Notes: generated by a model from the letters alone, not told the origin. A stretch of 64,000 bases of DNA from a virus (IMGVR_UViG_3300046539_000030:7070-71069), one strand, 5' to 3'; positions 1-8,709 are shown, counted from the first letter of the stretch. Program-made: numbers and translations.

Positions 1-14
1 ATTTAGGAGGTATC

Positions 15-263
15 ATGCAACAAATGACTGCGTTAGAGAAGCACACCTACGAAGGCGCCCCGTTTATGGACTTAAACGTCCTTGTCGAATGGGATGGCAC
101 CGGGCAACGTTACTTCTACATCACAACCATCACCGAAAAACAGTATGACGATCTTGGTTGGTATGGCGTTAAACTGGTAGCGCAAGAATGGGCCACCCGT
201 AATAAACTGATCTACAAGGACTACAGGGCAGACACCCTGAAGATGGCAATTAAACTCGACTAA
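15..263 (+). CDS. hypothetical protein
   Basis: 82 aa ORF with AGGAGG RBS at 5-10. Confidence 0.75.
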   Translation: MQQMTALEKHTYEGAPFMDLNVLVEWDGTGQRYFYITTITEKQYDDLGWYGVKLVAQEWATRNKLIYKDYRADTLKMAIKLD

Positions 264-273
264 CTAAGATATC

Positions 274-735
274 ATGAAAAAAGCTGTCATTGCACCATTA
301 CTGTTCTGTATGTCCGTCGCTTATGCCAACGAGTCTGAATCATGGCTGGTCGTAACGGCTGGGTCTTACCACACCAACCGCGATATCGCCCATGCGAAGA
401 ACTTCAACGAGGCGAACTTCGGCGTCGGTCTAGAATACAAACTAGACCGAAACTGGCGCTTGTCTGGCGGGTATTACAAGAACAGTTATCACAATGACAC
501 TTTCTATGCTGGTGCGATCTGGTTGCCCTTGCAGTCGCAAGATGGTGTGGTCAAAGCTGGCATTCAAGCAGGCTTACTCACTGGCTATCCTCAGTACAAC
601 AGAGGTGTCGGGCCGGGTGCAGCAGGTGTTATAATGTTTGAGGGCAAAAAGGTTGGTTTGAACCTGATGTTCATCCCGGCAGCAGAGAAGTCCGGTTCGT
701 CGGTTATTGGCTTGCAACTTAAGATGAGGATCTAA
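274..735 (+). CDS. outer-membrane beta-barrel protein, PagP-like fold (putative)
   Basis: Signal peptide MKKAVIAPLLFCMSVAYA; amphipathic beta-strands; SYH..NEANFGVGLEY, GYYKNSY and GLLTGYP motifs. Confidence 0.6.
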   Translation: MKKAVIAPLLFCMSVAYANESESWLVVTAGSYHTNRDIAHAKNFNEANFGVGLEYKLDRNWRLSGGYYKNSYHNDTFYAGAIWLPLQSQDGVVKAGIQAGLLTGYPQYNRGVGPGAAGVIMFEGKKVGLNLMFIPAAEKSGSSVIGLQLKMRI

Positions 736-908
736 TGTTATACCTTTCAGCTTTTGCCGCCATATTCACAATGGTTGCACTCTATGTTCTAGTAGCACGT
801 GAATTTGATCGGCGGCTTGCATGGTTTGCTGTCATGCTTGCCACCCTCGCTTCAATGCTACTGGTTATTATCTTACTCACATTTACTCATGTTAGAGGTT
901 ATATATGA
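735..908 (+). CDS. small two-TM membrane protein (57 aa, not in ORF track)
   Basis: Manual translation MLYLSAFAAIFTMVALYVLVAREFDRRLAWFAVMLATLASMLLVIILLTFTHVRGYI*; start and stop coupled to both neighbours (TAATG, ATATGA). Confidence 0.7.
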   Translation: MLYLSAFAAIFTMVALYVLVAREFDRRLAWFAVMLATLASMLLVIILLTFTHVRGYI

Positions 909-1330
909 AAACTCCACTCCACGCCAAGCTTCCTTTCTCGCTTGGTGAAGTCCTTACAGACAAAGAAGTTGCAGGATTTTTTGATGAACCCTCCAATGGG
1001 GCGTATATCACTCTGGATGCACCTGATCACGGAGCTTTAGCACTTATCACCTGGCGGTTGAATGGCGAAGAACGCAGCATCAAACAAGAAGAGACTGCCA
1101 AGTTCATTGCTCGCGCATGTAACAACATTGACAAGGCAGAAGAGCTCTTGAAAGACCTGGACACGGTCAGCCGCATGGCTGCTGTTGACCTGCTCAGCAA
1201 AGACCAGTCGCATGAACTGCTGAGGTTGGGCGCAAAGTACCAGGCTGGCAGCTTCCAGGCATTACAATCGCGCATTGCTTTTACTGTTCACCAATATTTT
1301 GCTGATAAGGACAAGGAACCACGCACTTAA
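905..1330 (+). CDS. hypothetical protein
   Basis: 141 aa ORF with GAGG RBS in the + gene block. Confidence 0.7.
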   Translation: MKTPLHAKLPFSLGEVLTDKEVAGFFDEPSNGAYITLDAPDHGALALITWRLNGEERSIKQEETAKFIARACNNIDKAEELLKDLDTVSRMAAVDLLSKDQSHELLRLGAKYQAGSFQALQSRIAFTVHQYFADKDKEPRT

Positions 1331-1463
1331 ACCGCTTGCACCGCAACCCCTAGCACACCCCCCAGCACCGCACAGCACGCGCGGCATCGCATTTAAAATG
1401 CTTAGGGGGTGCGCAGGGTAGCGGGTTAAAATTAAACAGCTTAAAACGCGTTTTAAAAGGTGG
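1317..1463. other. GA/TC-depleted island A
   Basis: 147 nt with a single TC (1387-1388) and no GA; contains the perfect palindrome TTAAAACGCGTTTTAA (1441-1456). Confidence 0.9.
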
Positions 1464-1467
1464 ACAG

Positions 1468-1728
1468 ATGGCAACCCTCGTTGAAGAAAATAGCTTGCAA
1501 AGGGCTATTGCTCGAGCACTTGAAAAGGAGGCTAAAGAAAAAGGCTTAGTTCTGGACGGAACGTATCTCGAAACGACTTACATTATGACCGCTCAGATTG
1601 GCCCAAAACAAATCACCATTACGAACAAGAACTATGATGCTTTCGTAGAATCCGTTAAAGCTGTGCAAGCACGGTTCCCGAATGCGAACTATTACTTTCT
1701 CGCAAGCATGGTAAAGAAGGAGTATTGA
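1468..1728 (+). CDS. hypothetical protein
   Basis: 86 aa ORF coupled to the next gene. Confidence 0.65.
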   Translation: MATLVEENSLQRAIARALEKEAKEKGLVLDGTYLETTYIMTAQIGPKQITITNKNYDAFVESVKAVQARFPNANYYFLASMVKKEY

Positions 1729-2237
1729 TGCCCAACAACAAGAAGCCCCGCAAGGTTATGGGCAAGCGGCCCATTCGTCGTTCGGGAGGCTTGTTCGTCA
1801 TCCACAAGCGTAACCAAGATGAAAAACGCAAACAGTTCTTAACAACAGACGAAGTTGTCAAGCATTCGACGGCTTACCACACTGCTGTCGATTTAATGGT
1901 GGCCGGTCAAGCTACCCTGTGGAACTTTGACACATTAATACATTCAACCAACGTGATGTGTATTATTGCTGAGCAAATGGCTCCGGACTTGCTGCTCATT
2001 ATTTTGCCTAGTCTGGATGGTTTGAGCCGTGCGCGAAAGCGTTTTCAAGATACTGGCAAAATTGGTCTTGACGGCGATGCACTTAACGCTCTAAAAGCCG
2101 CTGCTGACATTCATGAATCTTTATTGGAACAATGCACGGCAGGTGAGCTTAGCGATGCCTTAGAAGAGGCCTACCGCCGCGTCAGCGTCGGGCATATCTT
2201 CAAAGGTTTGAAAGAGCCTCACACATTCGTAGAATGA
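1725..2237 (+). CDS. hypothetical protein
   Basis: 170 aa ORF with basic N-terminus and helical C-terminus. Confidence 0.7.
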   Translation: MMPNNKKPRKVMGKRPIRRSGGLFVIHKRNQDEKRKQFLTTDEVVKHSTAYHTAVDLMVAGQATLWNFDTLIHSTNVMCIIAEQMAPDLLLIILPSLDGLSRARKRFQDTGKIGLDGDALNALKAAADIHESLLEQCTAGELSDALEEAYRRVSVGHIFKGLKEPHTFVE

Positions 2238-2244
2238 GTCCGTC

Positions 2245-2273
2245 TTAACGGACGTTGCATTTTGCGGTATAAT
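2245..2273 (+). promoter_or_regulatory. sigma70-like promoter TTAACG-N17-TATAAT
   Basis: Perfect -10 at 2268-2273, 17 nt spacer, overlapping hairpin GTCCGT/ACGGAC at 2238-2253. Confidence 0.5.
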
Positions 2274-2325
2274 AACAGTTTTACCCCGTAGCACAACCGT
2301 AGTATCTATAGATAGGAGTCACACC

Positions 2326-2598
2326 ATGCCAACGAAACAGATTGACGATAATAAGCGTCCCATCGTCAGCCGCTATTACGAAAATATCCGCGCAACCCGC
2401 ATTGTAAAGACGACACGTTCGCTTCATGCTAACAGCGCAGTCATCAACGCGACTAACCACATGCAGTTGAACCACTACGGCGCACGCCTGGTCGAAGTGT
2501 ATGACGAGCGTGACGGCAAGCCTCATGCGTCAATCGTGTTACATGCCAATGGCAACCTTGAAATCATCTTCAAGCGCGAAGTTAAGGAGGGCATGTGA
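2326..2598 (+). CDS. hypothetical protein
   Basis: 90 aa ORF with AGGAG RBS. Confidence 0.75.
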   Translation: MPTKQIDDNKRPIVSRYYENIRATRIVKTTRSLHANSAVINATNHMQLNHYGARLVEVYDERDGKPHASIVLHANGNLEIIFKREVKEGM

Positions 2599-2999
2599 TG
2601 AACAAGGTCAACCGATCCCAAGCTCTTATCAACTCTGGCAAGGCTCGCGCTGCAATTAGCGCGTTCTTCGCCAACAATCCTGAAGAACGTTACGCAGCTG
2701 AACAGGTTCATGCAAACTGCGTTCCGACCATGCATGACATTGGCTACGATCATCACCAAGTTCGCGGCATCCTTAATGCAATGGTCGGCAATGGTCAGCT
2801 TACCAAGGAAAAGGAAGGTCGTTCGGTTCTTTACAGCCTGATAGCGCCAGCTACCAAACCCGCGAAGCAGCCAAAGGCTCCGCGAAGTGTGGCCAACAAC
2901 TTGCCACCGAACGTTAAATTACAGTTCGTCAAAAGCACTGGCAATTTGCGCGTTCAGTTCAACGGCCTGGTCTTTGAAATAGGAGCAGTAGACGAATGA
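2595..2999 (+). CDS. hypothetical protein, possible winged-helix DNA-binding domain
   Basis: 134 aa; helix-helix-wing pattern (VRGILNAMVGNGQLTKEKEGRSVLYSL). Confidence 0.5.
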   Translation: MMNKVNRSQALINSGKARAAISAFFANNPEERYAAEQVHANCVPTMHDIGYDHHQVRGILNAMVGNGQLTKEKEGRSVLYSLIAPATKPAKQPKAPRSVANNLPPNVKLQFVKSTGNLRVQFNGLVFEIGAVDE

Positions 3000-3670
3000 A
3001 AGATTGGACAGCCCAGCAATTAAACGCGAAGCTGCCCGCCTTTAAGACCTTCCTGACCGCTCGCGGCGGGGAGGTTTTAGAACCCACAAGTGAATGGGAG
3101 GTTGTGCGGTTCAGAAGCGGCAGCAACACTTCCATTATTTACACGAACAAGAAGGGAATATTGAATTTTTATGGCGAAGATGCGAAAGCTGCCTTAGACG
3201 CCTACCGAACCAACGGTAGCTGGCGTGCCAATCTGCATGTCTTTAAGAACCGAACAAAGAATTCCTCGGTTGTATGCCGAACATTGCGCAAGCGTGACGG
3301 CAATAACTGTTTCTTTTGCCTCAAAGGTGTGAAGGCTGAAGAAGAGTCTGAAGAACACCTGTTGTCGCGCACGCACGGCGGAAGCGATCATATCGCTAAC
3401 AAAGTCCTGGCGCATAAAGCATGCAATTTGAACGCTAATCATTTGAGCGTAGCAGAAAAAATTCGTATTCATGTAGAAGCCCAACTAAAGAAAGCAAGGA
3501 CTGACTATGAAAACTCCCTTAAGTTCCGCGAATCCTTGCGCCAACAGCGAGGAATCGGAGAACATACTGATAGCGAAAGCACTAGCGATAGTGGGCCAGC
3601 GGTTACACAAGCCCGGGGCTTATTTGACTTGCCCGAATCTACTGGAGGAATACCTGATTCTAAAAATTAA
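2996..3670 (+). CDS. HNH endonuclease
   Basis: CFFC..EEHLLSRTHGGSDHIANKVLAHKACN HNH/Zn motif. Confidence 0.8.
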   Translation: MKDWTAQQLNAKLPAFKTFLTARGGEVLEPTSEWEVVRFRSGSNTSIIYTNKKGILNFYGEDAKAALDAYRTNGSWRANLHVFKNRTKNSSVVCRTLRKRDGNNCFFCLKGVKAEEESEEHLLSRTHGGSDHIANKVLAHKACNLNANHLSVAEKIRIHVEAQLKKARTDYENSLKFRESLRQQRGIGEHTDSESTSDSGPAVTQARGLFDLPESTGGIPDSKN

Positions 3671-3992
3671 TAACCGCGAGCATGAAGTTTTCGGGGTTAT
3701 CTGGCTCGACATGCGACATGGCGTTATTTATGATAGCGAACTATTCCGCGGTACGCTGAATTCTACCAGTGTGTATCCGCGTGAAGTGGTGAAGGAAGCT
3801 CTGTTTGCTAATGCGGCGGCGGTGATCTTTTACCACAACCATCCGAGCGGCGTGGTCGAGCCTAGCCCGGCAGACAAGACCTTGACAACCAAGCTGAAGC
3901 AGGCTTTGGATCTGGTTGACGTCAAGGTTGTTGACCATATAATTACTGCCGGCAATGCAACGTATTCTTTCTCGAAGAATGGACTGCTATGA
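3507..3992 (+). CDS. radC: RadC-like JAB/MPN domain protein
   Basis: EVFGVIWLD, GTLNSTSVYPREVVKEAL, HNHPSG..EPSPAD, DHII motifs. Confidence 0.9.
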   Translation: MKTPLSSANPCANSEESENILIAKALAIVGQRLHKPGAYLTCPNLLEEYLILKINNREHEVFGVIWLDMRHGVIYDSELFRGTLNSTSVYPREVVKEALFANAAAVIFYHNHPSGVVEPSPADKTLTTKLKQALDLVDVKVVDHIITAGNATYSFSKNGLL

Positions 3993-4585
3993 CTAATTAT
4001 CTGCAAATGCTGAGGAGTCTTGATTGTAAGGAAATGGCGCAGCATTCGTGCATCAACCACCATGTTGACGGCATGAACTATATCTGCTTATTGCGCACGG
4101 ATGAATTAACGATTAAGATTTATATGATGGGCCGGCCGGAAAATCCAAACAATGGTTTTCTGGTGAACCCGCATTCGCATCGTTATCCGTTTGATTCAAC
4201 TGTTTTGTGCGGAGAGCTCGAGCACATCCGGTTCCATAAAACCAGCACCACTTTCAAGGGCGTGAAAGTGTGGTCAGAATACCAGTACAGCCCGGAGACC
4301 CGCGAAATCGTGAACATGGGTGAAGCCCAGTTCTTTATGTCGTCTGTATATCATACCGAAGGTGGTTCGTATTTTGTTAAGTCAGATGAAATACACACCC
4401 TTCGGTTTAATGACGATAAGCCGGTCATAATTGGTTTAACACAGTTCGCAGACGAACGCGAACACTCTGAGTTGTACCTGCCCCGGGAGCAAAAAGGTTT
4501 TCTGCAACCCAACTCACGCTGTCCAACCGTTGAAGAGCTTGAAGAGCTCAAAGTTGTTGCTATCAAACGTATATTAGAGGCTTAA
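3989..4585 (+). CDS. cupin-fold protein (putative)
   Basis: HSHRYPFDSTVLCG and distal EIHTL His motifs. Confidence 0.5.
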   Translation: MTNYLQMLRSLDCKEMAQHSCINHHVDGMNYICLLRTDELTIKIYMMGRPENPNNGFLVNPHSHRYPFDSTVLCGELEHIRFHKTSTTFKGVKVWSEYQYSPETREIVNMGEAQFFMSSVYHTEGGSYFVKSDEIHTLRFNDDKPVIIGLTQFADEREHSELYLPREQKGFLQPNSRCPTVEELEELKVVAIKRILEA

Positions 4586-4587
4586 CC

Positions 4588-4788
4588 ATGATGGAAGAAA
4601 TCCTTACAGGACGTCGGCGGCTACGCATACACCGACGCATATTGCTTGACAATCTGCTGGTTGTCGAGGTTGAAGTTAAAATCACTGTGCCTAGTGCTAC
4701 AGGCGATCGCAGCTACACCGCATGGCGCGATATGCGCCCCGAAGATTGCACAGTTTGGGTGGAGGTGGATTCATGTCTGACAAATTGA
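4588..4788 (+). CDS. hypothetical protein (paralog of 5473..5703)
   Basis: Shared LTGR.R / LV.EVEV / WRD pattern. Confidence 0.65.
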   Translation: MMEEILTGRRRLRIHRRILLDNLLVVEVEVKITVPSATGDRSYTAWRDMRPEDCTVWVEVDSCLTN

Positions 4789-5483
4789 AAGAGACATATC
4801 GGGCAGAGTTCTTGAACCTTGCTCTGGAATGCGGAGCACGTCTAACCGGAAAGCCTGACGGTAGCGAACCAATTGAAGTGCAGTTTCCTATCCCGGCCTG
4901 GAGAGCGTTCGACAAAGCTACTGCGCATCTTGACCCATCACAAGTCTGCGAAGACGTTGCGGCCAAAAGCAATAACTCGCTTTTCAGGTCTGGTGCGAAG
5001 GTTTGCGCGGCTGAAATTCGCAAGGAAGCCAGCGAGGCAGCGCAGGAGCCGTTCCTTCCAGAATTGCCGAAGCCTGCGTTTATGTGCTCCACAGCAGTTC
5101 CAGAAGATACGCCAGCATTCACAGAAATTCAAATGCGCGAGTATGCAGGCAAATATGCGAAGGCATGGCGCGGAATCATGACATCTGCTGACGAAGCTGA
5201 GAAGCGACTTGCCGCACAGCCAGCACCGGCAAGGGATGCGCAACTGCGACTTGTTGCGATCATCAATTCGGCTACTAGCTTGGGCGAGCGTGCCGCATAC
5301 GGGCTTGCCGACTCAATTCTGAGTGCCCTGCAATCCCAGCCAGCACCGGAAGCCGGTAAGACTTTCGACCAGTGGGCCGACGACACCAAGTTTTTATGCG
5401 ACCCGCCGTTCCGTGCAATGCGGCAAGCATTCCGGGAAGTATGGGCTGAAGCTTTAAAACATGGGGGCGACAATGCAAAATGA
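4773..5483 (+). CDS. hypothetical modular protein
   Basis: ORF 4722..5483; GGAGG RBS precedes ATG 4773; QPAP linkers. Confidence 0.65.
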   Translation: MSDKLKETYRAEFLNLALECGARLTGKPDGSEPIEVQFPIPAWRAFDKATAHLDPSQVCEDVAAKSNNSLFRSGAKVCAAEIRKEASEAAQEPFLPELPKPAFMCSTAVPEDTPAFTEIQMREYAGKYAKAWRGIMTSADEAEKRLAAQPAPARDAQLRLVAIINSATSLGERAAYGLADSILSALQSQPAPEAGKTFDQWADDTKFLCDPPFRAMRQAFREVWAEALKHGGDNAK

Positions 5484-5703
5484 ATGGCTAACAGGTAGAA
5501 CCAGGCACGATCAGCGGTTCTGCGGCGTGTTGTTCAACAAGAAGTTGGTACTCGTCTTGCAGGTTGAAGTGACATGGGACGAAGGCCCTTCTGATTCGAA
5601 CGGTATGCCGGAATACCTGCCGGGCCGAGGCTGGCGCGATGCTACGGTCATTGATCTGCAACGTCTTAATGCCGCAGTTACAGTTTTGAAAGCTGTGAAA
5701 TGA
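5473..5703 (+). CDS. hypothetical protein (paralog of 4588..4788)
   Basis: LTGRTR..LVLQVEV..WRD. Confidence 0.65.
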   Translation: MQNEWLTGRTRHDQRFCGVLFNKKLVLVLQVEVTWDEGPSDSNGMPEYLPGRGWRDATVIDLQRLNAAVTVLKAVK

Positions 5704-5849
5704 CTAACGCGCAAATTCCCGCTCCCGCCGTTAAACTCTGTCAAAGTTGCTGGCGCAGACCTGCTGTGGCGCTCTTCAATGGTCGGCTTCGTTGTCAGGT
5801 GTGTTTAGACCATACGAAGGCCGCTGCAAGCAAGGCAAACAAGACGTAA
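5700..5849 (+). CDS. small zinc-finger protein (49 aa, not in ORF track)
   Basis: Manual translation MTNAQIPAPAVKLCQSCWRRPAVALFNGRLRCQVCLDHTKAAASKANKT*; two CxxC; ATGA overlap with the previous stop. Confidence 0.6.
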   Translation: MTNAQIPAPAVKLCQSCWRRPAVALFNGRLRCQVCLDHTKAAASKANKT

Positions 5850-5862
5850 AATATATTTACGC

Positions 5863-5898
5863 GCCCCCGTTGTGATGTTTTAACGGGGGCATTATAAT
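5863..5898 (+). promoter_or_regulatory. sigma70-like promoter TTGTGA-N17-TATAAT within a 9-bp inverted repeat
   Basis: -35 at 5870-5875, -10 at 5893-5898; GCCCCCGTT (5863-5871)/AACGGGGGC (5882-5890). Confidence 0.6.
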
Positions 5899-5938
5899 TA
5901 CCTTCCCCCAACGTTTGCACAGCGCCATGCCAACTATA

Positions 5939-6172
5939 ATGGATGACACGAATCCGGCGCAATCCGAGTTCGATAAAAAATATATCACAGCATGGGAAGT
6001 GATGCGTACCGTGGGTGTCACCCGCGCTGCATTGCTCTATGCTCGGCGCACTCATAAACTCCCCGACCCTATTACCCTCAACGACGGAACTTTATTTATC
6101 TGGTTGCGCGAAGATGTGCAGCCGTACCTTGACGCTTGGAAGATTGTTCTCGATACGCGCCGGGGTCACTGA
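5939..6172 (+). CDS. AlpA/excisionase-like HTH DNA-binding protein
   Basis: YITAWEVMRTVGVTRAALLY...LPDPI...IWLREDV pattern; start uncertain (5927 or 5939). Confidence 0.6.
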   Translation: MDDTNPAQSEFDKKYITAWEVMRTVGVTRAALLYARRTHKLPDPITLNDGTLFIWLREDVQPYLDAWKIVLDTRRGH

Positions 6173-8643
6173 TGGCAATTAATTATGATCGCATCCCAGA
6201 AGAATTGCGCTGGGATAGAAGTTGGTGCATCGCAGGTAAAGATGAAAACACAGGTCGGTATCGCGCACCATACGGATACGGGCGCAGAGGACTGTTTCAC
6301 GTTAGTCCGGTCAAACCGGAACAATGGTCAGATTTTGAAAGCATTGTAGAAATTGCTGCGGCTAATCCTCCATGCGGGATAGGTTACGTTTTAGCTGACA
6401 CAGACGCTTATTCCGTTATTGATCTGGATATTAAGGACGCAACTACTGAACCTGACCACACTAAATGGACATCTCAGGAGCAGATCGACCGCTACCATCG
6501 TATTATCACAGCGTTTGACACTTACACCGAGCGCAGCGCCAGCGGTCTGGGCTTCCATATCTGGGTGCGCGGCAAAATTGGTGACGGCCTTAAGCGCGAT
6601 GGCGTAGAAATCTATTCGCGTGAGCGGTTCATTGTCTGTACGGGTAACGTGTTCCTGGACAAACCTATTGAGGCGCGTCAAGACCTGCTAAATCTGCTTG
6701 CTGCGGAAATTAGCCAGGCTTCCCCTGCTTCACATGGTGCGTTTGAGCTCGTAGAGATCGAACCTACCGAATCTGACACCGCTATCTTCAGGCGTGCAGC
6801 AACCGCAGATAACGCGGAAAAGTTTATCGATCTATGTGACGGCAATTGGTCGGGCAAATATCCTTCGCAGTCAGAAGCTGACCTAGCATTGATGTCAATC
6901 TTTACTTTCTACAGCCCGTCGAACGAACAGTGCCGTCGCATGTTCCGCCTAACTGAGCTAGGTAAGCGGGCAAAAGCAACTAAGAACGATGTCGCTCTAA
7001 ACCGCATACTGACGGTTATTCGCGCAAGGCAAGCTAATGCAGAACTGGTCGACGCTGCTGCGGCTGCTGCTGCCAGTATGCTAGTTGCTAGCTTAAATGC
7101 ACCCCTAGCACCGCAGGCAAGCGCCCCCAGCACGCAAGCGCAAGCAAGCGCACCCTATACCATACCCGCACAAATAAACCCCCCAAAACCGCTGCAAACA
7201 AGCGTCCAATTCGAGCGCATCCCTCTGCCCGAGGAACTGGAAGGTTATGTACCGCCACCTCTGCCAGAAACAGAGACGCGTGAGATAATGCAGAAGACAG
7301 CTAGCATTGATTGGCCGCCAGGTATCTTGGGCCGGGTTGCGCGGTTCATTTACCACAACTCGCCGCGCCCTGTTCAAGAGGTGTCGATTGTCTCCGCGTT
7401 GGGCTTCGCTGCCGGAGTGTGTGGTAAAGCTTACTGCCTCCCGCAAAGTGGCTTGAACTTGTATGTCGTTTTGATTGCTAGGTCTGCAATCGGTAAAGAG
7501 GCAATGCATAGCGGTATATCCACAATTGTGAAACAAGTGGCTGACACTTGCTCACGTGTGACGCAGTTCATAGATTTTACGGACTATGCTTCGGGGCCAG
7601 CTCTGCTGAAAGCGGTCACTGCGAACCCAAGCTTCGTGAACGTATCTGGTGAGTGGGGGCGTAAGCTGCGCAGGTTATCAATGGAAGACGGACGTGACGG
7701 GCCTATGCAACAGTTGCGCACGGTGATGACTAATATGTACCAGAAATCCGGGCCGTCCTCGATTGTTGGTGGTCTTGGTTACAGCGATAAGGAAAAGAAC
7801 GTTGGGAGCGTGTCTGGCGCAGCGTACAGCATGATTGGCGAAAGTACGCCTGGCGGGTTTTATGATTCGCTTACCGACACCATGATGGAAGACGGGTTCC
7901 TTAGCCGCTTCACCATTATTGAATACACGGGCGAACGTCCAACAGCTAACCCAAACATTGTAGATACGCTTGATGAAGATTTAAAGGCGCATTTGGCAGC
8001 ACTGGCGGAAGCTGCTTTAAAGACGACATTAGGTTCCCCTGTATATGTCACGCAGAACCCCGAAGCTGAGGCGCTTCTGCAAGCTTTCGATCTGGAATGT
8101 GATACCAATATTCGTGCCGCAGGTGAAGATGAAAGCACCAGGCAGATGTGGAACCGTGCTCATTTAAAAGCGAGCCGCATCGCGGCACTGTTGGCTTCGT
8201 GTGACGACTTTGAAATACCAATCATTAACAAGGGGCATGCCGAGTGGGCTATTGCGGTTATCCGCAAGGACATTGCAATTATGCAACGGCGCATTTCTTC
8301 TGGTGATGTCGGTATTGGTGACAGCCCCCGCGAGAAGAAGATTCTTGCAACCCTCCAGTTATACTTGTCCAAGCCTGTACCTGAAAGCTATGGTGTTCCT
8401 GACAAGATGCGGGTAGATGGCATCGTGCCTCGTAAATATCTGCAAATCGTTACAAACAAAGCGACCGCATTCACCCAACACAAACTCGGTTCCAATGCTG
8501 CTCTGGATCTCACCATGAAGTCTCTGGCAGATAGCGGATATGTTTCAGAAGTGCCTAGAGATAAGATGGTTAGCGGCTACAGCTTCCATGGGAAGGCGTA
8601 TCGCATTATCAATCTCCCTCGCTTCCCTGGAGGTACAAAATAA
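6172..8643 (+). CDS. primase-polymerase (AEP) with C-terminal DUF3987-like ATPase/helicase region
   Basis: IPEEL..W, DLD, ERSASGLGFHIW, EIYSRERFIVCTG (PrimPol); SQSEADLAL helical domain; ARSAIGKE P-loop-like; DGFLSRF. Confidence 0.8.
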   Translation: MAINYDRIPEELRWDRSWCIAGKDENTGRYRAPYGYGRRGLFHVSPVKPEQWSDFESIVEIAAANPPCGIGYVLADTDAYSVIDLDIKDATTEPDHTKWTSQEQIDRYHRIITAFDTYTERSASGLGFHIWVRGKIGDGLKRDGVEIYSRERFIVCTGNVFLDKPIEARQDLLNLLAAEISQASPASHGAFELVEIEPTESDTAIFRRAATADNAEKFIDLCDGNWSGKYPSQSEADLALMSIFTFYSPSNEQCRRMFRLTELGKRAKATKNDVALNRILTVIRARQANAELVDAAAAAAASMLVASLNAPLAPQASAPSTQAQASAPYTIPAQINPPKPLQTSVQFERIPLPEELEGYVPPPLPETETREIMQKTASIDWPPGILGRVARFIYHNSPRPVQEVSIVSALGFAAGVCGKAYCLPQSGLNLYVVLIARSAIGKEAMHSGISTIVKQVADTCSRVTQFIDFTDYASGPALLKAVTANPSFVNVSGEWGRKLRRLSMEDGRDGPMQQLRTVMTNMYQKSGPSSIVGGLGYSDKEKNVGSVSGAAYSMIGESTPGGFYDSLTDTMMEDGFLSRFTIIEYTGERPTANPNIVDTLDEDLKAHLAALAEAALKTTLGSPVYVTQNPEAEALLQAFDLECDTNIRAAGEDESTRQMWNRAHLKASRIAALLASCDDFEIPIINKGHAEWAIAVIRKDIAIMQRRISSGDVGIGDSPREKKILATLQLYLSKPVPESYGVPDKMRVDGIVPRKYLQIVTNKATAFTQHKLGSNAALDLTMKSLADSGYVSEVPRDKMVSGYSFHGKAYRIINLPRFPGGTK
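7052..7205. other. GA/TC-free island B (inside primase CDS)
   Basis: 154 nt with no GA or TC; encodes the Ala/Pro/Gln inter-domain linker. Confidence 0.9.
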
Positions 8644-8709
8644 TCACATCTGCATAATTGTGTTGTTTGGGTAGTTTGTTTGCGGTATAATTTAATTGAA
8701 AGGTTAATT

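Noticed and set aside
5939-6172. Lysogeny module
   Set aside because: The AlpA-like gene has no integrase, repressor pair or att site nearby in the window.
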